Positions 45,184-55,638 of a stretch of 64,000 bases of DNA are shown in pieces; position 1 is the stretch's first letter; each line of letters begins with the position of its first letter. Below the pieces are notes generated by a model. It was given only the letters and a program-made list of their open reading frames with translations, ran no database searches and had not been told where the DNA came from. This stretch comes from Rhodospirillales bacterium (lineage in GTDB: Bacteria > Pseudomonadota > Alphaproteobacteria > TMED109), in contig VXPW01000022.1 of assembly GCA_009839325.1 (NCBI GenBank), forward strand, positions 28,038-92,037, read 5' to 3'. A program made the translations under genes and the position numbers.

Positions 45184-46542
45184 GTGACGACGGCTTCCAC
45201 GCCGGTAACTCCCGCAGAATTTCGGCGCCTCGCGGCAGAGGCCGGCCTCTCGCACGACCGGTGCAGTTCGCTCGCCATCGGCGTTTCCGGTGGTACCGAC
45301 AGCATGGCGCTTGCCAACTTGTTGGCGGAATGGGCGGGCGGACGCCGCGGATCCATTACCGCACTGACCGTGGACCACCGCCTTCGCCAAGAGTCCACCT
45401 CCGAGGCCGCCACAGTTTCGCGGTGGATCCAAGACATGGGAATGCAGCACGAGATTCTGGTGTGGCATCACGGGAATATTACGCGCGGGATACAGGCCGC
45501 GGCGCGGGCAGCACGTTTTCGATTGATGGGTGCCTGGTGCATGCGCGTTGGGGTCGCCAATCTATTGCTGGCGCATCATCTCGAGGACCAGGCTGAAACG
45601 TTTCTCATGCGTCTGGCGGCAGGAAGCGGCATCGCTGGGCTCGGGTGCATGCGCGTGCGCGCCCCTATGGCAACAGTCGAACTCGTACGACCGTTGCTTG
45701 GAATTCCGAAGTCCCGCCTGCGCGCAACCCTGGCGCGCAGCGGAGGCAACTTCGTGGAGGACCCATCCAACCAGGATCTCCGGTACACCCGGACCCGGCT
45801 TCGCAGGCTCCTGCTTCATCCCGCTTCCGACCTCCCTAAGCCGGCCACACTGGCCCGTGCGACCCGGACGTTCAGACGACTGGACGCGCTCGCCGAACGC
45901 GCGACTGCAGCCCGACTGCGCGATTCGATGCAGGTGTCACCTCTGGGTTTCGTGACGATCGACCTCGGGCCATTCACTGCCCTTCCCGACCTGCTAGCGC
46001 TTCGATGCATTGCTGCAGTCATGCAGGCCGTAGCGGGCCGGGATTATCCGCCACGTACCCGGTCGCTTCGGCGGGTCCTCGAGCGCATTCACAATCAAGA
46101 GCTTTGCACATCGACGCTTGGGGGAACTGTCCTCTCGGTGACCGCGAGACGGCTCGCTTTCACCCGTGAAGTCCGGGCTGTCTCCAATCCTGCCCGTCTC
46201 CGGTCTCCGAAGCTGCTATGGGACAATCGCTTCCAGATTGAAACCGATTTCCCGGCCGACGATCTCATCGTCGGCGCTCTTGGAACGCAGGATCTGCGCA
46301 AGCTTCCCGTCCCGCTGCCCGGCCCCGCCGTGCGCCGTGATCATCTTGCTACACTGCCGGCATTCCGTGATCTTGACGGACTGGTTGCTGTGCCCCACCT
46401 AAATTGGTGGCGGGACAACCGTCTCCGCACAAGAATACGGGTCGTTTTCGAACCCCGGTCCGGCCTGTTGGCCGCCGTATCGTCGTTGCCGGGGAACAGG
46501 GACGGGACCGGTCGGAACACCGGCTGCCGAGGACACGCATGA
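45184..46542 (+). CDS. tilS: tRNA(Ile)-lysidine synthetase
   Basis: ORF 45103..46542(+). It has the PP-loop motif [16 protein letters not shown]. The likely start is GTG 45184, just after the cpoB stop. There is an ATGA overlap with the ftsH start. Confidence 0.85.
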   Translation: MTTASTPVTPAEFRRLAAEAGLSHDRCSSLAIGVSGGTDSMALANLLAEWAGGRRGSITALTVDHRLRQESTSEAATVSRWIQDMGMQHEILVWHHGNITRGIQAAARAARFRLMGAWCMRVGVANLLLAHHLEDQAETFLMRLAAGSGIAGLGCMRVRAPMATVELVRPLLGIPKSRLRATLARSGGNFVEDPSNQDLRYTRTRLRRLLLHPASDLPKPATLARATRTFRRLDALAERATAARLRDSMQVSPLGFVTIDLGPFTALPDLLALRCIAAVMQAVAGRDYPPRTRSLRRVLERIHNQELCTSTLGGTVLSVTARRLAFTREVRAVSNPARLRSPKLLWDNRFQIETDFPADDLIVGALGTQDLRKLPVPLPGPAVRRDHLATLPAFRDLDGLVAVPHLNWWRDNRLRTRIRVVFEPRSGLLAAVSSLPGNRDGTGRNTGCRGHA

Positions 46543-48455
46543 ACGGTTTTGCCCGCAACCTAGCCCTATGGATTGTGATCGGCTTGGTCGTCGTGACCGC
46601 CTACAACCTGTTCAACAGCAGCACCCAGCAGAATGCTGCCGAGATCGACTACTCGACGTTCGTCGAGAACGTGGAAACAGGTCAGGTCAAGTCCATCACT
46701 GTCAGCGGCCGCGTGATCGATGGTCTTTACCGGAATGGCCAGCGTTTCACGACATACGGCCTTGACGACGCCAGCCTGCTCCCGCTGTTGCGTGAACACG
46801 ACGTCGCCGTGCGGGCAGCGCCGGAGGAGAGCAGCGTTTCGCCCGTAGTCGGCCTGCTGCTCAACTGGTTGCCGATGCTGCTGTTCATCGGCATCTGGAT
46901 CTTCTTTATGCGCCAGATGCAATCCGGCAATGGCAAGGCATTCGGATTCGGAAAATCAAGAGCGCGCCTCCTGACCGAGAACCAGCAGCGCGTGACCTTC
47001 GATAACGTCGCGGGTGTCGACGAGGCGAAGGAAGAGCTGCAAGAAATCGTGGAGTTCCTGAAGAGCCCCCAAAAGTTCCAGCGGCTGGGCGGTTCCATTC
47101 CCAAGGGCGTGCTGCTCGTGGGCCCGCCGGGGACGGGTAAGACGCTGCTTGCCCGCGCCGTCGCGGGTGAGGCGAACGTGCCCTTCTTCACGATCTCCGG
47201 CTCAGACTTCGTCGAGATGTTCGTCGGCGTCGGGGCCAGCAGGGTCCGCGACATGTTCGGACAGGCGAAGAAGAACGCCCCGTGCATCGTGTTTGTGGAC
47301 GAAATCGATGCCGTTGGAAGGCAACGCGGAGCCGGTCTTGGCGGCGGCAACGACGAACGTGAGCAGACCCTCAACCAACTGCTGGTCGAGATGGACGGTT
47401 TTGAAGCCAACGAAGGCGTCATCATGATCGCGGCGACCAACCGGCCTGACGTCCTCGACCCGGCGCTGCTGCGTCCCGGCCGCTTCGATCGCCAGGTCGT
47501 GGTCTCCAATCCGGACATCGTCGGCCGCGAAAAGATCCTCCGCGTGCACATGCGCAAAGTTCCGGTTGGAAACGACGTCAACATCCGGACCATCGCGCGC
47601 GGAACCCCCGGTTTCTCCGGCGCGGATCTCGCAAATCTCGTCAACGAAGCTGCGCTGCTTGCCGCCCGAAAGGGCCGCCGCTCCGTCGGCATGGCCGAAT
47701 TCGAACAGGCGAAAGACAAGGTCATGATGGGCGCCGAGCGACGCTCGATGGTGATGACGGAAGACGAGCGAAAGATGACCGCGTATCACGAATCCGGACA
47801 CGCAATCGTGATGCTGAACGTCGAAGGCCACGAGCCCCTTCACAAGGTCACCATCATTCCGCGCGGCCGTGCACTCGGAGTCACCATGTGGCTGCCGGAA
47901 CGCGACAAGTACGCGCACACGCAAATCGAACTTGAAGCACAAATCGCCGGCCTGTTTGGCGGCCGCATTGCCGAGGAACTCATCTACGGCAAGCGTCACA
48001 TCACCACCGGCGCCGGCAACGATATCCAGCAGGCCACCAATTTGGCGCGCCGCATGGTGATGGAATTCGGCTTCAGCGATCGACTCGGTCCGATCCGTCT
48101 GCAAAGCAACCAGGAAGAAGTGTTCCTCGGGCACTCCGTAGCCGAACAGCGCAACATGTCGGATCAGACCGCTCGCATGATCGACGAAGAAATTCGGAGA
48201 ATCGTCGAGGACGGAGAAAGCACCGCTCGGAAAATTCTTGAAGCCCGCGTGGACCAGCTTCACGCCTTGGCCGGCAGCCTACTGGAGTACGAAACGTTGA
48301 CGGCAGACGAGGTCGATGCAGTGTTGGTCGGGCGGTCCATCCACCGCGAAGACGACGAAGGGGCGGCGCCGGAAACCGGCCGACGTTCATCGGTCCCGCA
48401 GAGCGGTGCGTCGCACGATCAGGGCGACGGCACGGCGCAGCCGGAGAACGCATGA
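46539..48455 (+). CDS. ftsH: ATP-dependent zinc metalloprotease FtsH
   Basis: ORF 46404..48455(+), trimmed to ATG 46539 ([19 protein letters not shown]). Walker A is [11 protein letters not shown], the SRH region is present, and the zinc site is HESGHAIV. Confidence 0.95.
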   Translation: MNGFARNLALWIVIGLVVVTAYNLFNSSTQQNAAEIDYSTFVENVETGQVKSITVSGRVIDGLYRNGQRFTTYGLDDASLLPLLREHDVAVRAAPEESSVSPVVGLLLNWLPMLLFIGIWIFFMRQMQSGNGKAFGFGKSRARLLTENQQRVTFDNVAGVDEAKEELQEIVEFLKSPQKFQRLGGSIPKGVLLVGPPGTGKTLLARAVAGEANVPFFTISGSDFVEMFVGVGASRVRDMFGQAKKNAPCIVFVDEIDAVGRQRGAGLGGGNDEREQTLNQLLVEMDGFEANEGVIMIAATNRPDVLDPALLRPGRFDRQVVVSNPDIVGREKILRVHMRKVPVGNDVNIRTIARGTPGFSGADLANLVNEAALLAARKGRRSVGMAEFEQAKDKVMMGAERRSMVMTEDERKMTAYHESGHAIVMLNVEGHEPLHKVTIIPRGRALGVTMWLPERDKYAHTQIELEAQIAGLFGGRIAEELIYGKRHITTGAGNDIQQATNLARRMVMEFGFSDRLGPIRLQSNQEEVFLGHSVAEQRNMSDQTARMIDEEIRRIVEDGESTARKILEARVDQLHALAGSLLEYETLTADEVDAVLVGRSIHREDDEGAAPETGRRSSVPQSGASHDQGDGTAQPENA

Positions 48456-48567
48456 TGCGCCCGGCGGGCGGCTAACGGCAGGAGCCAACCCCGTCCTGCT
48501 GCGGCCACGAAAGCTCTCGCGCTTCGCTCATTCCGCCGCCGACAGTCTACCTCTGGCAGGCGGCCCC

Positions 48568-49551
48568 ATGGCATTTGCCGCCGTGGATGAAATCGTCTCC
48601 GGTCACCCTGCTCCCCAAATGCGACCGCTGCCACTGGCGGCACTGGTGGAAGGCAGTCATCAAGCGGTAAGCCATGCCCTTACCGCCGCCCGGGCTCCGT
48701 TTGCCGGGATTGCGCTCGACCGCACCCGTATCGTGGGCGTGGTCAACGTCACACCGGACAGCTTCTCGGACGGCGGCAGCTACCTCACGCCCGAAAAGGC
48801 GGTCCGGCTGGGTTGCTCAATGGTCAGGGCGGGAGCCGACATCCTCGATGTAGGAGGGGAATCCACACGCCCGGGGGCCACGACGGTACCGCCGGCCGAA
48901 GAGATCCGGCGCGTCGTCCCCGTGATCGAAGCATTGCGGCCCACTGGCGCCGTAATATCTGTCGATACCCGCAACCCCGAGACCATGCTTGCGGCCGCCG
49001 ACGCCGGCGCCTCCATCGTCAATGACGTCACTGCCCTCTCGCATTCGCCGGACAGTGCCCGAATCGTTGCTGAAACCGGTCTAGCTGTCGTGCTCATGCA
49101 CATGCGGGGGAACCCGCAAACGATGCAAGTACGGCCCTACTACGACCACGCTCCCAGCGAGGTGTATGCGGATCTTGCCGTCGCCGTAGAGCGGGCCCGC
49201 GCCGCTGGCATTCCGCCCCACCAAATCATCGTCGACCCGGGTCTCGGATTCGGAAAGAACCGGAAGCACAACCTGCAATTGCTCGCATGGCTGCCCATGT
49301 TCCACTGCCTGGGGCATGGCCTGATGGTGGGCGCCTCCCGCAAGTCCCTCATCGGGCACTTGGACGGCAATGCTCCCGTTTCCGACCGAATCGGAGGTTC
49401 GCTGGCGATTGCGCTGCACGCCGTGTGTCAGGGCGCAAACCTCGTCCGGGTGCACGACGTCGCCGAGACGCGACAGGCACTGCGAGTGTGGGCGGCCCTT
49501 GGCCAGTCGATGGCCGAATCGGTCGTGGACGCGGGCAGGCCCCCAAGCTGA
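48568..49551 (+). CDS. folP: Dihydropteroate synthase
   Basis: ORF 48316..49551(+). It has the pterin-binding motifs VGVVNVTPDSFSDGG and DVGGESTRPG. The start is uncertain; ATG 48568 is proposed. Confidence 0.85.
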   Translation: MAFAAVDEIVSGHPAPQMRPLPLAALVEGSHQAVSHALTAARAPFAGIALDRTRIVGVVNVTPDSFSDGGSYLTPEKAVRLGCSMVRAGADILDVGGESTRPGATTVPPAEEIRRVVPVIEALRPTGAVISVDTRNPETMLAAADAGASIVNDVTALSHSPDSARIVAETGLAVVLMHMRGNPQTMQVRPYYDHAPSEVYADLAVAVERARAAGIPPHQIIVDPGLGFGKNRKHNLQLLAWLPMFHCLGHGLMVGASRKSLIGHLDGNAPVSDRIGGSLAIALHAVCQGANLVRVHDVAETRQALRVWAALGQSMAESVVDAGRPPS

Positions 49552-49639
49552 CGTTGGTGATGGTCCGGCCGAACGACGTAGTTGTCCGCAGGCAGCGCGC
49601 TCGCCGGCCGGGCGCAAGCTGATCCCGCCGGCAGCCGAG

Positions 49640-50857
49640 TCAACCGGAGGAGCCGGTGGCGTCCGTCCTGCGAGTCCGGCAGTCCGGATCCTCGAGAAAG
49701 TCGGGCCGAAGGCGTAGCCCGAGCCCCGGCCCTTCCAGCGGACGCAGGAAACCGTTCTCGAGTGGTGGCAACTCAGTCACGATTTCCTGGAACCAGCCGT
49801 AGTAGAAAGCGCGAACCACCTCCTGCACCAGAGCATTCGTCGCATTCATCACGTGATGAACCGATGCGGCAAAGATGACGGGCCCCGTGCAATCGTGCGG
49901 AGCAACAGGGCGGTGCCAGGCTTCGGCCATTGCGGCGATCTTGCGAGCTTCCGAAAGCCCGCCAACCCAGCCGATATCGTACATTACGTAGTCGCAGGCT
50001 CCGAGTTCCAGAAGCTCCCGGAACTGACCCCGGCTTCCAAGGGTTTCGCTTGCCGTCGTCGGGACCCGTGTGGAATCCCGAAAGTCTTTGAGGCTACGAA
50101 GACTGTCCATGCGGATCGGATCTTCGAACCAGAACGGGCTGCAGGGCTCCAGAGCCGCTGCGATGCGTTTCGCCTGCGGTAGATCCCACATGGCGTGAAG
50201 TTCGACCATTACATCCATGGTGTCACCCACGGCGTCACGAATCTTCTGGAACGGTTCCACCGCGCGCGCCAGGTCGGAAGGCGAGATGTAATGTCCTCCG
50301 GAAGCTTCCGCCGCATAGTCGAAGGGCCAGATCTTCATCCCGGTGATGCCCATTTCCTGCAAGCTCTTGGCCAGCGCACCAGCGTCTGTCAAGAACGCTT
50401 GAAGATCTTCGTACGGCCCCTCCGGTTGGTCGCCAGGCAGGTTAAAGCTGTCCGTGGACTGCTTGGAGTGTGTCCGGACATACTGGTAGCCGGCGCAGGT
50501 GTTGTACACGCGGATGGAGTCCCGACTCCGTCCGCCCAGGAGCTGGTAGATCGGCTGCCCGGTCGCCTGTCCCCAGATATCCCAAAGCGCCACATCCAGC
50601 GCCGAGTTGCCCCGCACCTCTGCGCCTGTTCCTGAGTGGCCGATGTAGGTCGTCAACCGCTTGCTGAGCCGGTCGATCTGGAGCGGATCCTCCTCCAAGA
50701 GAAGCTTGGCTGCGTACGAGTGGATATGTCCCTCTGAAGACCCGGTCCCGTAAAAGGTCTCTCCCAATCCGATGATTCCCTCGTCGGTGTGCACATGAAC
50801 CCACAGGAGGTTGGGAAAACGGGCATGCGAGATGGTCTCGATCGCAGTAATTTTCAT
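49640..50857 (-). CDS. Enolase-superfamily enzyme (mandelate racemase/muconate lactonizing family; sugar-acid dehydratase-like)
   Basis: ORF 49640..50857(-), 405 aa. It begins MKITAIETI..VHVHTDEGIIGLGET and contains ALDVALWDIWGQATGQPIYQLLGG. The barrel-domain acidic residues are in MVELH, FWFEDP and the ETL region. Confidence 0.85.
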   Translation of the reverse strand: MKITAIETISHARFPNLLWVHVHTDEGIIGLGETFYGTGSSEGHIHSYAAKLLLEEDPLQIDRLSKRLTTYIGHSGTGAEVRGNSALDVALWDIWGQATGQPIYQLLGGRSRDSIRVYNTCAGYQYVRTHSKQSTDSFNLPGDQPEGPYEDLQAFLTDAGALAKSLQEMGITGMKIWPFDYAAEASGGHYISPSDLARAVEPFQKIRDAVGDTMDVMVELHAMWDLPQAKRIAAALEPCSPFWFEDPIRMDSLRSLKDFRDSTRVPTTASETLGSRGQFRELLELGACDYVMYDIGWVGGLSEARKIAAMAEAWHRPVAPHDCTGPVIFAASVHHVMNATNALVQEVVRAFYYGWFQEIVTELPPLENGFLRPLEGPGLGLRLRPDFLEDPDCRTRRTDATGSSG

Positions 50858-50935
50858 TCCTGATCTCCTGGTTCCCGTTTACGGGTAGCGGTACCGGCTG
50901 TAGAAAGGCGCCACAGTAGCGTTTAGGAAGGGACG

Positions 50936-52300
50936 ATGGGACGAATATTCGGCACCGATGGCATTCGCGGCCGCGCCAACGTGCCACCGCTTACCCCGGA
51001 ATTCGTCCAGCGAATCGGCATTGCTGCCGGCGCGGAATTCACCCGCGGTGACCATCGCCATCACGTGGTTATCGGCAAGGACACACGGCTGTCGGGCTAC
51101 ATGATGGAAACAGCCCTGACGAGCGGCTTCCTGTCCATCGGCATGAACGTGTTCATTGTCGGGCCGATCCCGACCGCCGCGATCCCCATGCTGGTTCGCT
51201 CCATGCGGTGTGACCTGGGGGTCATGATCTCGGGCTCGCACAATCCCTGGCACGACAACGGCATCAAGCTGTTTGGTCAGGATGGCCGCAAACTCTCGGA
51301 ACAAGTCGAACGTTCGCTGGAGGAGCGCCTGCAAGCGTATCCGTCGTCCCACACCCTGGCAGACGCACCGGACGTCGGACGCGCCAAACGAATCGACGAT
51401 GCCGTCGGACGCTATAACGAGTGGGTCAAGGCCACCGTCCCCGCTAACCTCAGACTTGACGGTCTCAAGATCGTGGTCGATTGCGCCAACGGCGCGGCCT
51501 GGCGGGTCACTCCACAAGTACTGTGGGAACTTGGCGCCGATGTCGTGGCCATGGGCGTCGCACCTGATGGCACGAACATCAACCGAAACTGCGGTTCGAC
51601 AGCACCCGACGCGATGGCAGCGCGGGTCCGGCAGTCCGGGGCAGATCTCGGTATCGCACTGGACGGAGACGCCGATCGGTGCGTACTCGCGGACGAGCGC
51701 GGTCGAGTCGTGGACGGTGATCGGCTGATCGCAATGATTGCGCGCGAGTGGCTCGAGAGCGGAAATCTCACCGGCAGCGCGGTGGTCGGCACGCCGTTCT
51801 CGAACTATGGCTTCGAGCGCTACCTGGGCACCCTCCAGTTGGGACTCCTACGCGCTCCCGTCGGCGATCGCCACGTCTCGCAGTGGATGCGGTTGCACGG
51901 ATGCAATGTTGGCGGCGAACCGTCGGGGCACATCATCCTGGCGAACCACAGCGAGACAGGTGACGGTCTGGCCTCGGCGTTGCAGGCGCTGTCTGTCATG
52001 GCCCGTACGGGCAATCCCCTGTCCGAATTGCTGCCCCGCTACGAGGCCGTTCCGCAGCATCAGTCCAATGTCCGCCTTCCGAACGGCCGGGACGTCGACC
52101 CCCTAGTCGACCGGTCCGTCCGGGCGGTTGTGAAGGAGGCAGAACAACGTCTCCGAGGAAAGGGCCGACTGATCGTCCGACCTTCGGGTACCGAGCCGCT
52201 GCTGCGCGTTCTGGTCGAGACCTCGGACGAACCGGCTGCCCGAGAAATCATCGAATCAATTGCAACCGCAGTCGCCACAGCCGGCCGGGACGCGGCTTGA
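50936..52300 (+). CDS. glmM: Phosphoglucosamine mutase
   Basis: ORF 50936..52300(+). It begins FGTDGIRGRAN and has the phosphoserine loop ISGSHNPWHDNGIK and DGDADR. Confidence 0.95.
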   Translation: MGRIFGTDGIRGRANVPPLTPEFVQRIGIAAGAEFTRGDHRHHVVIGKDTRLSGYMMETALTSGFLSIGMNVFIVGPIPTAAIPMLVRSMRCDLGVMISGSHNPWHDNGIKLFGQDGRKLSEQVERSLEERLQAYPSSHTLADAPDVGRAKRIDDAVGRYNEWVKATVPANLRLDGLKIVVDCANGAAWRVTPQVLWELGADVVAMGVAPDGTNINRNCGSTAPDAMAARVRQSGADLGIALDGDADRCVLADERGRVVDGDRLIAMIAREWLESGNLTGSAVVGTPFSNYGFERYLGTLQLGLLRAPVGDRHVSQWMRLHGCNVGGEPSGHIILANHSETGDGLASALQALSVMARTGNPLSELLPRYEAVPQHQSNVRLPNGRDVDPLVDRSVRAVVKEAEQRLRGKGRLIVRPSGTEPLLRVLVETSDEPAAREIIESIATAVATAGRDAA

Positions 52301-53115
52301 CGGAAATCGAGTCTGCTCGTCAAGGCGGCCACTTGTGCGGTCGGTTGCTGATTGTTGCCGGTTCGGATTCGGGCGGTGGGGCCGGTCTTCAGGCCGACCT
52401 CAAGACCGCCATGTCAATGGGCGTATACGCCATGTCGGCCGTGACGGCGATCACGGTGCAAGACACGTATCGAATCCATCGGGTGATGCACACGCCTCCG
52501 GATCTCGTCGCCTTGCAGATGCAAACGGCCTTGAAGGATATCGGGGCGGATGCGATCAAGACCGGAATGCTCTGTTCGACCGAGACGATCAACGCCGTAC
52601 TCGGCACCTTGGCCACCTGCGCCGCCGGATTGCCGCTCATTGTCGACCCAGTGTTGACGGCAACGTCGGGTGAACCTCTGTTGGAGCCGGCAGCCGAAGC
52701 GGCGCTCCGCGACCGACTGATGCGACGCGCGTACTTGGTAACGCCCAATACTCCCGAAGCAGAGAGGCTGACAGGACTTCCTGTGACCAACAGGGACGAA
52801 ATGCTCCTCGCCGGTCGACACCTGATCGGGATGGGCGCACAAGCAGCGTTGATCACCGGCGGGCACCTTGGCGGTACCCAGGTGACCGACCTACTCGTTA
52901 CCGATGCGGGAGTACAGGAATTCGTTGCGAATCGGGTTGACACGCCCCACACCCACGGTACCGGCTGTACGCTGGCGAGTGCCATCGCTTCCGGCATAGC
53001 TAATGGGGCCACTCTGATCGACGCGACGGCACGCGCACACGCCTACGTTCAGCGTGCGATACGGACTGCACCAGGACTGGGCGGCGGTCGTGGCCCGCTA
53101 AATCACCTTGCCTGA
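52297..53115 (+). CDS. thiD: Hydroxymethylpyrimidine/phosphomethylpyrimidine kinase
   Basis: ORF 52297..53115(+), with a TTG start overlapping the glmM stop. Contains AGSDSGGGAGLQADLKT and GTGCTLASAIASG. Confidence 0.9.
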   Translation: MTEIESARQGGHLCGRLLIVAGSDSGGGAGLQADLKTAMSMGVYAMSAVTAITVQDTYRIHRVMHTPPDLVALQMQTALKDIGADAIKTGMLCSTETINAVLGTLATCAAGLPLIVDPVLTATSGEPLLEPAAEAALRDRLMRRAYLVTPNTPEAERLTGLPVTNRDEMLLAGRHLIGMGAQAALITGGHLGGTQVTDLLVTDAGVQEFVANRVDTPHTHGTGCTLASAIASGIANGATLIDATARAHAYVQRAIRTAPGLGGGRGPLNHLA

Positions 53116-53336
53116 AGGGACAACCGTCGAAGCTGGCCGACGAAGCAACCACCTAGCATCCAGTCCGCCATGGCCCCGATAGGACGCGGTCCCGGACTAT
53201 GTTGGTATCCGCTTGGTTTGGCCGCTTCCCGCGGCAACCGCAGAACTAGGTCAGATTGAGCGACGATCCGGCTCGCCACCGGCCAGCACTGGCACGATGG
53301 CCTCAACCCCTCGCTCTGGGACCTCTCAAACCCCTG

Positions 53337-53672
53337 CTACGACAGCGACGCCAATCCGTCGCTGCGCGCCTCATGGATCTGGAAAATCGCGTTAAAGCCG
53401 CTTACCTCGAATACTTCCTTCAAATAGTCCCGCATTGAGCACAGCTCGATCCGTCCAGATCGGGCCTTGACTTCCTTCGCAACCATCAGCAACACCCGCA
53501 AACCGGCGCTGGAAATAAAGTCGACTTCCGAGAAGTCGACGAGGATGACCAGCTCACCGCCTCTTACCTTGTCGAGAAACGCAGTTTCAACGTCTCGGGC
53601 GTTGGTTCCATCGATGCGGCCTTCAGGCTCGAAGATGAGCACGTCTCCTTCTTTAGTACTCTTCATTTCCAC
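53337..53672 (-). CDS. STAS-domain anti-sigma-factor antagonist (SpoIIAA-like)
   Basis: ORF 53337..53720(-). The STAS pattern is LVILVDFSEVDFISSAGLRVLLMVAKE. AAGGAG lies 8 nt upstream of GTG 53672; ATG 53666 is an alternative start. Confidence 0.75.
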   Translation of the reverse strand: MEMKSTKEGDVLIFEPEGRIDGTNARDVETAFLDKVRGGELVILVDFSEVDFISSAGLRVLLMVAKEVKARSGRIELCSMRDYLKEVFEVSGFNAIFQIHEARSDGLASLS

Positions 53673-53991
53673 GGTGACTACTCCTTCTGGAGGCGCTCCG
53701 GACCGACAGTGTCGGGCCACGCCACATCGTTGTCTTGAGTACCATGCTAGTCAAATTGCGTCAACGATCGATAGCGCAATCAAGCCCTTTTCATGTCCGA
53801 GCCGGCTGCCACGCCGCCTACCGGTTCGCCCGCAAAGCGCGACACAACGCGACCTGGCCGAACTCGCTGAGGACGGACCCGCAAGACCGCAGCGCGTAGT
53901 TCTGGCGGTGGCCGCCACAGCCCCGGTCGATGGCCGCGTGAACGCGTACCGGCACCGACCGCCGCGCGGGGAGCGCGTCTAATCCTGTATC

Positions 53992-54022
53992 GACAGGGGG
54001 CGCGTGACCCGCGCCCCCTGTC
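53992..54022 (-). terminator. Perfect 13-bp GC-rich hairpin 16 nt downstream of the GMC oxidoreductase stop (candidate terminator, no U-tract)
   Basis: gacagggggcgcg (53992-54004), loop tgacc, cgcgccccctgtc (54010-54022). The arms are exact reverse complements. No T/U run follows on either strand. Confidence 0.5.
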
Positions 54023-54037
54023 CTCCAAACGAACCCG

Positions 54038-55618
54038 CTAGATCGAGTTGGTCCGCATGGCTTCCGCCATGAGCTCGGCCTGCCGGATTGCCAACGCAAC
54101 AATCGTCAGTGTCGGGTTTTCCGCCGCGCCGGTCGTGAACTGGCTGCCGTCGGAAATGAACAGGTTCGGGATGTCGTGCGTAGCTCCGGAGGGGCCGCAC
54201 ACTCCTTCATCCGCGTTCCCGCTCATCCGACACGTACCGAGATTGTGCGTGCCTGGGAACGGCGGGAGTTCGTAGCTCTTGCTCCCCCCGGCGGCCTCGT
54301 AGACCGCACTTCCCATCCGGTAGGCGTGATTCCGCATGGCCAGGTCATTCGGGTGCTCGTCGAAGTGCACCACCGGAACCGGCAGTCCGTACTGGTCCTT
54401 TTCCGTGTCGTGGAGCGTGACCCGGTTGTCTGCCTGCGGCATGTCTTCTCCGACCAGCCACATGCCTGCCATGTTGCGGTAGTTCTCGATCACCTCGCGG
54501 GTGTAGTCCCGTCCCCATGTTCCTGGGGTGTCGATCGACATGCCGCCGACGTTGCCGGCAATCGCGGCCACACCGAAGCCCGGCAGCGTCTCCATCAGGT
54601 AGCCGCCGGCAAATCCGCGACTGTCGTCATGCCGCACCTCGTCCATGACGATGCCGGCCATCTGGGTGCCGCGGTCGAAGTGGACGGGTCCGGGCATCAC
54701 GGCGTACACGGTGGCGGTCAGGTGCCGCATGTAGTTGCGCCCGACCTGGCCGGAAGAGTTCGCCATACCGTCCGGGAACATGCTGCTGGCGGAGTTCAGC
54801 AGGAGCCGCGGTGTTTCGACCGAGTTTCCTGCTACGGCCACGATCCGCGCCTTCTGCATCTGCAGATTGCCGTCCGCATCCAGGTACTCGACGCCCGTGG
54901 CCTTGCCCGAGTCGTCGTGCACGATCCGCACCACCATCGAGTCGGGACGCAGCTCGAAGTGACCGGTGGCTTCCGCCTTCGGCACTTCCGAATACAGAAT
55001 CGACCACTTGGCCCCGATTGCACATCCCGCCATGCAGAAGCCAAGTTGCAGGCAGCCTGGCCGCCCGTCACGAGTCTCCGGGTTGATCGACATGTTGCCG
55101 GTGTGCACGGTCTGGTAGCCCAGCTTCTTCGCGCCGTACTCCATGACCTTGTAGTTGTTGTTGCCCGGGAGCCGCGGAATTCCGTGGGTACCCGTGGTTC
55201 CCATCTTGTCCTCGGCGCGGGAATAGTACGGATCCATCTCTGCGGCATCGATCGGCCAGTCCAGCAGGGTGGCACCCGCAATATCTCCGTAGGTCGTGCG
55301 GGCCTTCCATTCATGCTCCTGGAAGCGCAGGCTCGCGCCCGCCCAGTGCACCGTGGTGCCACCGACGGTCTTGCAAACCCACAGCGGGTATCCGGGGTTG
55401 AGCACCCCTGAGCCGATCCGCTTGTCGTTCCAACTGAGCTTGGCGCCCATCTCGCCCCAGTCGTTCACGATGTCGCCGAGGTCCAGTCGAGGACCAGCCT
55501 CCAGGCAGACGACATCAATGCCTTTTTCCGAAAGTTCGTGTCCCAGCGTGCCGCCGCCGGCTCCAGAACCGATGATGACGACGACGCTGTCGTCGCTCAG
55601 GTCGTATGTACGAGCCAT
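54038..55618 (-). CDS. GMC-family FAD-dependent oxidoreductase (large flavoprotein subunit, gluconate 2-dehydrogenase-like)
   Basis: ORF 54038..55618(-), 526 aa. It has the N-terminal FAD motif VVVIIGSGAGGGTLGHELSEKGIDVVCLEAG and a GMC C-terminal region (NLFISDGSQFTTGAAENPTLTIVALA). Confidence 0.9.
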   Translation of the reverse strand: MARTYDLSDDSVVVIIGSGAGGGTLGHELSEKGIDVVCLEAGPRLDLGDIVNDWGEMGAKLSWNDKRIGSGVLNPGYPLWVCKTVGGTTVHWAGASLRFQEHEWKARTTYGDIAGATLLDWPIDAAEMDPYYSRAEDKMGTTGTHGIPRLPGNNNYKVMEYGAKKLGYQTVHTGNMSINPETRDGRPGCLQLGFCMAGCAIGAKWSILYSEVPKAEATGHFELRPDSMVVRIVHDDSGKATGVEYLDADGNLQMQKARIVAVAGNSVETPRLLLNSASSMFPDGMANSSGQVGRNYMRHLTATVYAVMPGPVHFDRGTQMAGIVMDEVRHDDSRGFAGGYLMETLPGFGVAAIAGNVGGMSIDTPGTWGRDYTREVIENYRNMAGMWLVGEDMPQADNRVTLHDTEKDQYGLPVPVVHFDEHPNDLAMRNHAYRMGSAVYEAAGGSKSYELPPFPGTHNLGTCRMSGNADEGVCGPSGATHDIPNLFISDGSQFTTGAAENPTLTIVALAIRQAELMAEAMRTNSI

Positions 55619-55638
55619 TGTTTATCCCCCCTCTGCAG

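Noticed and set aside
46727-48263. Two long minus-strand ORFs (332 and 353 aa)
   Set aside because: They are antisense to ftsH, which has Walker A and HEXXH motifs on the plus strand. They are shadow ORFs.
54176-55411. 411-aa plus-strand ORF
   Set aside because: It is antisense to the GMC oxidoreductase and has no motifs.
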